IMG/VR virus record: IMGVR_UViG_3300036795_000123
Location: 1-52,734 of that record
From: a virus
Taxonomy: Duplodnaviria > Caudoviricetes
DNA length: 52,734 nt
Reading direction: 5' to 3' (one strand)
Part shown: piece by piece, positions 27,676-35,664 of the stretch
Layout of the letters: every line of letters begins with the position of its first letter
Numbering within the stretch: the stretch's first letter is position 1
The notes under the pieces: generated by a model
Seen by the model: the letters and a program-made list of their open reading frames with translations, nothing else
What the model was told of the DNA's origin: nothing
The model's database searches: none
Position numbers and translations under genes: made by a program

Positions 27676-29070
27676 GTGCGCGTGCTTACCGCTAACCAGT
27701 CACACATGCTCGGGCTCACTTCAAGGGCAACGCACGTCGACGTGCAGGTTTATAACACCACCACCTCGGCTTGGGTGTCGCTGCGTTCGCTGCTCGGGCA
27801 GAATTTCATCCGCACGGTGTCGTGGACAGATGATATAGACAACCATGGGGCCACCGCCACGATCGTGCTCGATCGTAATCAGTACTTTAAGAACCTCGCA
27901 AACCTCGTGCAGACATTTCAGGTTTGGGGCACGTATGGCATTTTGATAGATCTGAACATTCCGATCAAGATCTTCGCTGCCGTGGTCCCGCAAGGCATGA
28001 CGCCCGCCGCCGCGGATTGGATGGAGGTTTTCTACGGGCGGATCTATTCGACGGACTGGGCCACGAATGAAATGCAGTTGCAGTGTAGGGATTGGATGGA
28101 TCAGCTACAAAGCCTATGGATAGAGCATTCCTACGGTGTCATTGACGCTGCTCCATCGGGGCAGTCTTCGCAAAGCATTATGCAGGCGTTGCTAAACGTC
28201 GTGGCTGCGTACACTGGCGCGGGGCTCGTGTTGACCACGGTGTATAGTGTGAACGGCACGGTCATCACGCCGTTTTTAACGGGGAGCGCGCCCGACGATC
28301 CGGGTTGGGCTATCGCGTCAACAGATCCTTATCCCACGTCGCTCATGACAGTTTTTACTTCGCTCGACAACATCAACCAACAAATAGGCTGGTGTCTGCG
28401 ACAAAAGTTCAACAGCAATATTAACGGATGGGCGTTGACGTGGTACGATCCGTTACGCACCAACGTCACACCCGCATGGACGTTCCCGCAGTCTTTCATA
28501 AAAACCGTGTCCACGTGCGGGCTACACATCGGTGATATCCGTAACGTCATGCAACTCTGGTATTACGATTTCGACAACAACGCCTTGGCCACCGCAGTGC
28601 AAGGGCAGGATAGCGCTTCGATCACAAAGTACGGTCGCCAATTTATGCAGATCGGGGCCGACACCACCAAGGGAATTACAGGCAACACGCTCGCGTCAGG
28701 GCTGACAGATTTTCAGACCATGCTAAATTCGGCTCTGTCAGATCTCTCTCAGCCCAACATTGACTACGTGGTGGAGGTGCCTCTTTTCTACCCAGTAGAA
28801 TTGAACGATATCTACACTTTCAGTGCCGATAACTACCATTTCAGTGCCGATCAGACCCTAGCGTGTATCGGCTACACCCACACGATCGACAAAGGACAAG
28901 GCATCACGTCGCTGCAAATGCGCGGCAAACCGTCGAGCGGGATATCGCGGTGGTTCAACCGGCAACAGTTGAGTTTCACAAAACAGCTAGGTGTCGTGAA
29001 CATGAACACCAACACCACCACGAGCGACCTACACCCTAACTCTAACTTAGGGCAGTATTCGAGGTTCTAG
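27676..29070 (+). CDS. Baseplate hub/Tal-like tail tip protein
   Basis: VFYGRI, CRDW, IRNV, DSASITKYGR, VELND motifs. Confidence 0.7.
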   Translation: MRVLTANQSHMLGLTSRATHVDVQVYNTTTSAWVSLRSLLGQNFIRTVSWTDDIDNHGATATIVLDRNQYFKNLANLVQTFQVWGTYGILIDLNIPIKIFAAVVPQGMTPAAADWMEVFYGRIYSTDWATNEMQLQCRDWMDQLQSLWIEHSYGVIDAAPSGQSSQSIMQALLNVVAAYTGAGLVLTTVYSVNGTVITPFLTGSAPDDPGWAIASTDPYPTSLMTVFTSLDNINQQIGWCLRQKFNSNINGWALTWYDPLRTNVTPAWTFPQSFIKTVSTCGLHIGDIRNVMQLWYYDFDNNALATAVQGQDSASITKYGRQFMQIGADTTKGITGNTLASGLTDFQTMLNSALSDLSQPNIDYVVEVPLFYPVELNDIYTFSADNYHFSADQTLACIGYTHTIDKGQGITSLQMRGKPSSGISRWFNRQQLSFTKQLGVVNMNTNTTTSDLHPNSNLGQYSRF

Positions 29071-29922
29071 ATGGCATCGCAGGCCCCGCCGGATGGATGG
29101 ACAGTAACGACGGGCACGTGGAACACGGGCATAGGCCAGTCCACGACGCAAGCGTTGAACGCAGCGAGCTCGGTGAATATCACGGCGGCGGGGATCGTGT
29201 TCGTCGGGCCCTGGATCCCTCTCAGCTCTTACAACCCGTACCCGCCGGGCTCTTTGACCACGACAACGTACCAGCAAACATACACGCCAAGCATTTTTGT
29301 TTATGGCGACAACGCCTCCAACAACGTGTCCGTCACTTTCGCATACTACGGAGCAAGCCGAATTTCGCCCCTCGCCACGCCTCTTTCTTTGATGACGGGA
29401 GCCCCCGCAAACCTAAATGTGTGGAGCAAGTATTCAAAATACATTGTGAATAACTTGCATGCCGTGTGGGGGAGGATTGAAATCACATCTAACGTGGGGC
29501 ACACGGGGAATTTCTACATTGGCGGATCGTCCGTGCTCGCGAGCGCACCCGCTTTCACAGCGACCGGATCCGCACCAATAACCCACGGCGTTAATACGGC
29601 TGTGTCTATGACCACCTTATCCGGGAATCTTGTGGGGTTATCCGGCGGTGATATTTTATTGAGCGACTCGGGCTTTTGGGGTTTTTCTGTTTACATGTCA
29701 TGGAGCGTAACGCAAACGTCGTGGACCGTGGATATTTTCAATGTTACAACTGGTGGCGCAGTGGGTGGCGGAGGTCCTGTAACCTTTGCCGGACAATTTG
29801 CTTCATGGTCATGTGCGGCGCTCGTGCAACTCAACAACCCGCAGTCTTTGCTTACGTTGCGACTTAACCCGGCTTCGTCCGGGACTTGCTCTATTGTTTG
29901 GGGTGGTACTTACTTGCGTTGA
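29071..29922 (+). CDS. Tail tip/receptor-binding protein
   Basis: PPDGW carbohydrate-binding-like start; beta-rich. Confidence 0.55.
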   Translation: MASQAPPDGWTVTTGTWNTGIGQSTTQALNAASSVNITAAGIVFVGPWIPLSSYNPYPPGSLTTTTYQQTYTPSIFVYGDNASNNVSVTFAYYGASRISPLATPLSLMTGAPANLNVWSKYSKYIVNNLHAVWGRIEITSNVGHTGNFYIGGSSVLASAPAFTATGSAPITHGVNTAVSMTTLSGNLVGLSGGDILLSDSGFWGFSVYMSWSVTQTSWTVDIFNVTTGGAVGGGGPVTFAGQFASWSCAALVQLNNPQSLLTLRLNPASSGTCSIVWGGTYLR

Positions 29923-29936
29923 GGAGAAGAAAAAAC

Positions 29937-30401
29937 ATGGTCCTAGCACTTTTAGCAGCGCTCTCGGTAGGTCAAGCCCTTGGCAGTCTTAGTGACGGGC
30001 CCGTGGCATGGATGGACACGAATGTCCTAGTCACCCAAAACGGCAACGCCATCGTAGCCGCTCCTTTGAACGTCACGATCACGACAGACAGCATCAAAGT
30101 CAAAGGCTACCGGTGGGTGGAATGGGCCATTCAATACGCGTGGTCGGCCGCCAGCGCGGTGACCATGACGTGTCAGCAATCCGAAGACAACGTGGTGTGG
30201 CTCGACATTCAGGCGCTGCAATTCGTTTCTTTTCCCACCGCTACCTCGGGGAAGATGCTGTGGAGCGAAGCGGTAAGCGCCTCGGGTAACTGGCCCTGGG
30301 TGGTTCCCAATCATAGCGTGTTCATGCGTTGCGTTTTCAACGGCACGGGGGCGTCATCGTCGGACAAGCTGACAACCCTAAAAGCCCGAGCGGGGATCTA
30401 A
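29937..30401 (+). CDS. Jelly-roll virion-like protein with putative signal peptide
   Basis: GAGGAG RBS; MVLALLAALSVGQALG; QQSEDNVVW.D; Cys pair. Confidence 0.6.
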   Translation: MVLALLAALSVGQALGSLSDGPVAWMDTNVLVTQNGNAIVAAPLNVTITTDSIKVKGYRWVEWAIQYAWSAASAVTMTCQQSEDNVVWLDIQALQFVSFPTATSGKMLWSEAVSASGNWPWVVPNHSVFMRCVFNGTGASSSDKLTTLKARAGI

Positions 30402-30402
30402 G

Positions 30403-31632
30403 ATGAAGCCCATGAAGTTGCTCATGTGGGGCCTGGTTCTTTCGGCATGCCTGGGCACGATCGCCGTCGCGCAAGTGCCGCACGATCCTTCCTCTTCCCA
30501 AGATTACGTGGCGTTCACGGTGAGCGGCGGTAACGCGGTCACCAGCGTGGGCATGACCGTTCCGTCCATCATGTCGGTGGCGGGGTCGCCGGTGACATCG
30601 AGCGGGACGCTGGCGGTGTCGCTCGCTACCGAGAGCGCCAACACATGCTTCGCGGGGCCGAGCAGCGGGAGCGCGGCGACGCCTACCTTCCGCGCCCTCG
30701 CCGCCAACGATATCCCGGGGACGCTGAACGCCACCGCCGCGCCATCGTTTACGGTCAACCCTAACACGGGGAGTTTTACATTCGTGGGGAGCACAGCGTT
30801 CACCGCGCCAGCGAATGGCACCGCGCAAATAACGAAAGCCGATGGGACTTTCGCGACGCTGTTATTCGGCGCTGCAGGTTCTACGACCGGCGTTAAAATT
30901 ATCCCTGGAAATGCTACTTTGACGATCACGGATGGTGCCGGTGGGAGCACTGTTCAATTGTTAGTTACGTCCGCATCTATTTCGACACTTACTCCCACTG
31001 TGATTAATGTCGCAAATGGTAGCCTTGGCTCATCTGCCTCACCGGTAATTCGTCAAAACGCCGTACAGACTTCGGGAATGTATTTTCCTTCTACCACTGC
31101 CGTAGCACTCACGAGCGTTGCGGGAACCGGTGGGACAATTCAGCTATCGGGTGTCAATACGGGAGCGATGACATTTACACAGGCGACGGGCACGTTATCG
31201 GGGCCTGGGTTTTTGTTCAATGGGGCCGTTGAGGGGATGTCGAAATTCTCCATCGCGAACAATGCCAACGTAGTGTTGACCGCAGCGCAATCCGGCTCAC
31301 ATATCACCAACATCGGCGCGGCCGGTGGAGTGCAAGTGACGCTACCCGCACCCGCGAAGGGGCTCAATTTCACCATAAAACAGATCGCCGGATTCGCTAT
31401 GAACATAATCACGCCATCGGGGACCATTCAATCAGGCGCACTAACTACCGGTACTACACGGGTGATTTCTGGGAGCGCGCTCGGGGTACTCAGCATCACG
31501 TGCGAAGATGGGACGAATTGGCATGCCGATTATGCCTCGGGCACCATTACTTGGCTGGGCTTCGACAACGTGCCGCCTGAGTACATGCCGGCTGTAAATA
31601 CGGATCGTGAAGAAAAAGAAGTTGCTGCTTAA
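30403..31632 (+). CDS. Tail-fibre-like protein with Sec signal peptide
   Basis: MKPMKLLMWGLVLSACLGTIAVA-Q; VTSVG...GSPVTSSGTL...FAGP.SG..A.PTFRAL..NDIP fibre motif. Confidence 0.65.
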   Translation: MKPMKLLMWGLVLSACLGTIAVAQVPHDPSSSQDYVAFTVSGGNAVTSVGMTVPSIMSVAGSPVTSSGTLAVSLATESANTCFAGPSSGSAATPTFRALAANDIPGTLNATAAPSFTVNPNTGSFTFVGSTAFTAPANGTAQITKADGTFATLLFGAAGSTTGVKIIPGNATLTITDGAGGSTVQLLVTSASISTLTPTVINVANGSLGSSASPVIRQNAVQTSGMYFPSTTAVALTSVAGTGGTIQLSGVNTGAMTFTQATGTLSGPGFLFNGAVEGMSKFSIANNANVVLTAAQSGSHITNIGAAGGVQVTLPAPAKGLNFTIKQIAGFAMNIITPSGTIQSGALTTGTTRVISGSALGVLSITCEDGTNWHADYASGTITWLGFDNVPPEYMPAVNTDREEKEVAA

Positions 31633-31647
31633 AACCAAAAGGAGATC

Positions 31648-32292
31648 GTGATCATGAAAAAGTTCATTCTCGCATCGGTGGTTTCGTTGTTCACCATGGC
31701 GGCTTACGCGCAACCCCTGCCCCCCTTGACCGGCCCGTTGTTCCCGCTCAACTCCGCCGGCAACCCCAACATGGGGACGTTCGTGAGCCCGTTACTCGGG
31801 TTGAACGGGAACGCGGCCGCGCCGGCCTACTCGTTTTCGCTCGACCACAACAGCGGGTTGTATTCATGCGGGACGGGTTGCCTCGGTTTCACCGTGAACG
31901 GCAACAACGTGATGACCGTCAACCCGAACGGCGCGGTGACGCACTTCGCGAACGTGATCGCGGAGAATGCAAACTACGTCATCAACCCCAATCAAAGCGC
32001 CACGGAGTTCACCAATTTCGGCACGGCCGCTGCTATCACCGGGACGCTCCCGCAGTGTACCGCGGCCAACGTGGGTATGAACGTGCGATTTACCATCGCG
32101 TCAGGGTACGCTTTCGCACAGCAAGTGCTGTTTAACGCTGCTGATATCGTGAGTGCGCCCGGCATTTCGCAGACCACGAAAACGGCGCTCTACAGCCCCA
32201 CCACCGCGGGAGCGACCATCGGGGTGGGCTGCTACGCCGTAGGGTTGTGGCGCATCACGAGCGCCCCCACCGGGACGTGGACCGGGAACTAA
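31648..32292 (+). CDS. Tail-fibre-like protein with Sec signal peptide
   Basis: MKKFILASVVSLFTMAAYA-Q; GNAAAPAYSF..D..SGLY fibre motif; AAGGAG RBS. Confidence 0.65.
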   Translation: MIMKKFILASVVSLFTMAAYAQPLPPLTGPLFPLNSAGNPNMGTFVSPLLGLNGNAAAPAYSFSLDHNSGLYSCGTGCLGFTVNGNNVMTVNPNGAVTHFANVIAENANYVINPNQSATEFTNFGTAAAITGTLPQCTAANVGMNVRFTIASGYAFAQQVLFNAADIVSAPGISQTTKTALYSPTTAGATIGVGCYAVGLWRITSAPTGTWTGN

Positions 32293-32301
32293 AAGCGACC
32301 C

Positions 32302-32457
32302 ATGGTAACCATCCGGCTGTGGGTGCTGTACATGATCGGGCTCGCGGGAGCGTTCACGGTCATGGTGGCTTTCATAGCGGGGTGGTACATGGGATACGTG
32401 GTGGGCGATCGCGAAGGGCATCAAAAACAACGACGCGAACGAAAGAGGCTTCGATGA
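32302..32457 (+). CDS. Small membrane protein with basic C-tail (holin/antiholin-like; not in ORF track)
   Basis: Read by hand: MVTIRLWVLYMIGLAGAFTVMVAFIAGWYMGYVVGDREGHQKQRRERKRLR. Confidence 0.5.
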   Translation: MVTIRLWVLYMIGLAGAFTVMVAFIAGWYMGYVVGDREGHQKQRRERKRLR

Positions 32458-32582
32458 TGTCGACAGCACGCACGGTTTTTGCATCGCCCCCCGCCATGAG
32501 CACACAGCAAGCCCAGATCATGGTTGCCACGGTGATTTTCTTTCTAGTATCTAGTTTGGTGAAATTCGCGGCCTATGGTTGA
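32454..32582 (+). CDS. Small membrane peptide
   Basis: ATGA-coupled; one TM; overlaps the endolysin start. Confidence 0.4.
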   Translation: MMSTARTVFASPPAMSTQQAQIMVATVIFFLVSSLVKFAAYG

Positions 32583-33057
32583 TCCAAACACGGCCGCGCA
32601 GCGCCTCATCCTAGCGCGAGAAGAGCACTTCGGGCCGATCGTGCGCGGTGCCTTCCGCAAGGCTGGGCTGCCCGTGGAATGGGGCATGGCCATCGCTCGG
32701 TTGGAGTCATCCTTCGACCCCACGCGCTCGGTGCGTACCGGGGCCGACGGCGCTATGGGGGGCGCGTGGGGTATCTGTCAGATGACCCTCCAAACAGCCC
32801 ACGACGAACTCAACTATAAGGGCGATGGCCCGGCGCTGCTCGATCCTACGCTGTGCTCCACCCTCGCGGCCCAGCTCTGTGTGCAGCACGTGAAGATCTA
32901 CGGGAGCAATTTCAAGGACATCGCCGCTACCTACAACGGGCGGTTTCCCTACGTGAAAGCCAACGCGCGGGCGCGGGCCTATGCTGACGCGGCGTGTCTT
33001 TTCGCTGCGGGCTACGCGGGTAAATTTGATGACGAACGCGACGCTATTGTGGCATGA
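32575..33057 (+). CDS. Endolysin, lytic transglycosylase (SLT family)
   Basis: AIARLESSFDP (catalytic Glu), GICQM, ATYNG. Confidence 0.85.
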   Translation: MVDPNTAAQRLILAREEHFGPIVRGAFRKAGLPVEWGMAIARLESSFDPTRSVRTGADGAMGGAWGICQMTLQTAHDELNYKGDGPALLDPTLCSTLAAQLCVQHVKIYGSNFKDIAATYNGRFPYVKANARARAYADAACLFAAGYAGKFDDERDAIVA

Positions 33058-33070
33058 TTAACCCACCTCC

Positions 33071-33367
33071 ATGGAAGACCTACTCCCGCAGTTGCGCCAG
33101 CTAGGCGAGGCGCACACGTTTATCGGGATTTTCGCCACGACTTGCGTCGTAGGGTGGCACCTCTATCGGTTGCCGCTCTTACAGGCGCGCATCCCCGCGC
33201 GCGTGCGGTGGGAGAGTTTCACGCCCTTGCAACAGTGGACTTTCACCGCGGTGGCCTCGGCCGTCGCGGGAGCACTCACGGCTCTGAGTACCGGAAAGTC
33301 TGGCTGGGAAATCGTGCGCGCGGTATTGTCCGCTGTGCAGAGTGCCATTCTGGTACCCGGCAAATAG
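33071..33367 (+). CDS. Putative holin
   Basis: 2-3 hydrophobic helices next to the endolysin. Confidence 0.55.
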   Translation: MEDLLPQLRQLGEAHTFIGIFATTCVVGWHLYRLPLLQARIPARVRWESFTPLQQWTFTAVASAVAGALTALSTGKSGWEIVRAVLSAVQSAILVPGK

Positions 33368-33417
33368 CGCGGTGTTTCCTATCGACGTAGGGAATTGACC
33401 ACACCGCGCTATTTTTT
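33362..33417 (+). terminator. Terminator ending the late operon
   Basis: 14-bp stem AAATAGCGCGGTGT/ACACCGCGCTATTT with inner hairpin, followed by a T-run. Confidence 0.7.
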
Positions 33418-33431
33418 GTATGACCGCACCC

Positions 33432-33950
33432 ATGCATGATCCATCAACGGTCGCCATCGAAATCCCCAATTACTTTGTGCGCTCGGAGCTCCTCGGCACT
33501 TCAAGGCACAAATACCGCCCTTCGTTGATCGTTGTCTGGCACACAGATCCTGAAACGGATGGCACCGACGATAGCTGCGGGTGGGCTTGGCCGAACCTAT
33601 CAACGGAAGAACGGGCATTCGTCGATAGGCTGATAGACAACGAAAATGACAACATCATGTCGTTTTTCCCCGCCACCAGAAAAGACGATGCTAAGGCGCG
33701 TGTTCGTCAGAGTTTTCGCCTCTATAAGAGGCATATCCGCCCGTGGTGGAAGCACCCACGCTGGCATGTGTGGCACTGGCGAATTCAGATCATCCCGCTT
33801 CAGAATTTCAAGCGATGGGCTTTCTCTCGGTGCTGTAAGTGCGGTGGGAGGTTCACGTGGGGATACGGCCCCACGACAACGGACTGGTACGGTAAGGGGC
33901 CGAGATGGTTTCGCAGTGAAAAGAATACCTACCACAACGATTGCCATTGA
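33432..33950 (+). CDS. Conserved hypothetical phage protein (Trp/His/Cys-rich)
   Basis: MHDP.TVA.EI, WH.DPE.DGTDDSCGW, RPWWKHPRWH.WHW, C.KCG. Confidence 0.7.
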   Translation: MHDPSTVAIEIPNYFVRSELLGTSRHKYRPSLIVVWHTDPETDGTDDSCGWAWPNLSTEERAFVDRLIDNENDNIMSFFPATRKDDAKARVRQSFRLYKRHIRPWWKHPRWHVWHWRIQIIPLQNFKRWAFSRCCKCGGRFTWGYGPTTTDWYGKGPRWFRSEKNTYHNDCH

Positions 33951-34180
33951 TGCCTATACGCGGACGCACCTATTCCACGGCTGGGCCGTTTACTGTCCTG
34001 GTGGCTGTCCTAGCTTATCGTCGTGGCACTCCCCCCGTGCGGATAATTCAGGATCTAGGCATCAACCGATCTACGTTGTTTCGGTGGGTGCACAAATACG
34101 AGAGCGATGCGGGTAAACTAGAAAGTCTTCTCCGCACCGTAGCAAATACCGGCGAAGTCCCGGATCCTCTTGACCCCTAA
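33941..34180 (+). CDS. Small HTH DNA-binding protein
   Basis: IIQDLGINRSTLFRWV. Confidence 0.65.
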   Translation: MPLMPIRGRTYSTAGPFTVLVAVLAYRRGTPPVRIIQDLGINRSTLFRWVHKYESDAGKLESLLRTVANTGEVPDPLDP

Positions 34181-34229
34181 AAACAAACCAGCGATAAGGG
34201 CTCGGTAGTTCTAACTCTAGGAGCTAAAC

Positions 34230-34571
34230 GTGGATCTGTCCGAAATTAAAAACGCCGTCGCACAATTCAAAGAAGGCAAAAAGTCCGTGAGCAGCAAAAA
34301 GCAAGTGCTCGCTTCGCTTAAGGGCCTCGTTTCCAAGTCCGAGTTATCATCGATGACCGTCCACCAGGCTCTGGAATTCTTCACCATGGTGTTGGAGTTA
34401 CCTGATGTCGTGGCTTTGACCGATGGCGGTGAGACGTTCACCCTCGGTGAGCTCACTAGGACCGAGCGCGGCCCCCGTCAGCCTAAAGTCGCGCTCGCAC
34501 CATCGGTCGAAGACGATCATGGTGAAGACGATGAAGATGAAGATGATGAAAGTGATGAGGATGTGGCGTAA
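34230..34571 (+). CDS. Acidic-tailed protein, possibly an armless HU/IHF-like protein
   Basis: AGGAG RBS; LGELTRTERGPRQPKVALAPS; D/E-rich tail. Confidence 0.4.
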   Translation: MDLSEIKNAVAQFKEGKKSVSSKKQVLASLKGLVSKSELSSMTVHQALEFFTMVLELPDVVALTDGGETFTLGELTRTERGPRQPKVALAPSVEDDHGEDDEDEDDESDEDVA

Positions 34572-34814
34572 ATGGTAGCTAACCGTTTTGATTACGTGCC
34601 TTACGATGAAACTGCCCAGGCACAACAGAATGATTTCAAGAAAGCCTATTCTGAGATCGCCGACAAGCTAGAAGCGCTGCCTTCGGGCCGTGCGGTGAGC
34701 CTAGCGTTGACGAAATTGGAAGAGGCCTACATGTGGATCGGGAAAGCCATTCGCGACGATCAGATCTCGCGTAATGGTTCGGCCCCATTACAAGAAGAGC
34801 GCACGGACGATTAA
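34572..34814 (+). CDS. Acb2/Tad1-like helical hairpin (putative immune second-messenger sponge)
   Basis: RFDY...LPSGRAVSLALTKLEEAYMWIGKAIRD. Confidence 0.7.
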   Translation: MVANRFDYVPYDETAQAQQNDFKKAYSEIADKLEALPSGRAVSLALTKLEEAYMWIGKAIRDDQISRNGSAPLQEERTDD

Positions 34815-34828
34815 AAAAACGTCCCCCC

Positions 34829-34869
34829 AACAGCTCCGTGAGGTTCGCACCGCTCCTCACGGAGCTGTT
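34829..34869. terminator. 15-bp perfect inverted repeat where the two transcription arms converge
   Basis: AACAGCTCCGTGAGG-11 nt-CCTCACGGAGCTGTT. Confidence 0.75.
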
Positions 34870-35105
34870 TGTCTGCACAGCACCACGATAAGTCGACGTT
34901 TAGCGAGGCAACGAAACCCATGATGCAGCACCCACGCGCTGCTAAACAATCCCAGCCAACCTAGAGCGTAGGCCAGCGCGGTTTTTGCTTCGCGCACTAT
35001 CCACACATTTAAGCCTACGTAGAACGCCCCCGCTGCAAAGCATGTTAAAGCCATGGTCAAGTATTGCCGCGCGTGGTGGCGGCACGGTGGGCACAACGGT
35101 ATCAC
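34857..35105 (-). CDS. Small 2-TM membrane protein
   Basis: Two hydrophobic helices; CxxC. Confidence 0.55.
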   Translation of the reverse strand: MIPLCPPCRHHARQYLTMALTCFAAGAFYVGLNVWIVREAKTALAYALGWLGLFSSAWVLHHGFRCLAKRRLIVVLCRQTAP

Positions 35106-35470
35106 GGAATAGGAACCATGACGTGGACCTCTAGCCCTTTTTCCTTGGCGATATCGATCATGTGTTTCGTGCCGCGCGATTTCTCATCCCAAAACGCGAG
35201 CAGCGCGTCAGCATAATCGGCCATCTGACAGTTACGCGCGTAGCCCGCACGTCGGCCTAAAAGGACCCAGTCGGCCGGGAAGCGTTTAACTGGGATGTTA
35301 TAGAGTACACCGTAGTTTTCGCCGCACACATCCACACCGCTCGCTGTGCCGCTTACGATTTCTCTGGGTGCGAAACCGGCCTGCGCGAGTGCATCGAAGA
35401 TATCAACGACCGTGGGATGCAGCGTGCGGCTACCGGCGATGATGACCTTCACGGAATTTTTACTCCGCAA
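35102..35470 (-). CDS. SLOG superfamily protein (DUF2493/YspA-like)
   Basis: IIAGSR, IVSGTASGVD, FPADW, AGYARN.QMA, AFWDEKSRGT.HMI. Confidence 0.88.
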   Translation of the reverse strand: MRSKNSVKVIIAGSRTLHPTVVDIFDALAQAGFAPREIVSGTASGVDVCGENYGVLYNIPVKRFPADWVLLGRRAGYARNCQMADYADALLAFWDEKSRGTKHMIDIAKEKGLEVHVMVPIP

Positions 35471-35664
35471 AATGGGCAGTAGGTGGCGTACAGAGTTAAC
35501 GCTTTTTTTCTACCCGTGCCATCCCGTTCCAACTTCACGCAGTAGGGTGAGCCGCTCACTATTAACTTTTTCTTTTCGTCAAACGTGACTATGAAGGGGA
35601 GTTTCCAACCTGTTCCTTGAAGAGATTTCTCGATTTTCTTTTTACAGCCACAACCCTTTTTCAT
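35449..35664 (-). CDS. Small Zn-binding protein
   Basis: CGC...YCPFCG. Confidence 0.6.
   Translation of the reverse strand: MKKGCGCKKKIEKSLQGTGWKLPFIVTFDEKKKLIVSGSPYCVKLERDGTGRKKALTLYATYCPFCGVKIP

Noticed and set aside
28818-28851. TTTCAGTGCCGAT direct repeat in the hub gene
   Set aside because: A short in-frame duplication (FSAD-NYH-FSAD) with no sign of further function.
26134-32292. Diversity-generating retroelement or invertible tail-fibre cassette
   Set aside because: No reverse transcriptase, recombinase or TR/VR repeat pair was seen.
33941-34180. IS3-like transposase fragment
   Set aside because: Only a short HTH; no DDE domain or terminal inverted repeats.
20751-34572. Genome-wide stop-codon reassignment suggested by in-frame stop-ATG junctions
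   Set aside because: All conserved genes are full length in the standard code, and TAA, TAG and TGA all end genes at expected positions.
34829-34869. tRNA-like element (GGTTCG in the loop)
   Set aside because: A simple hairpin with no cloverleaf; better explained as a terminator.
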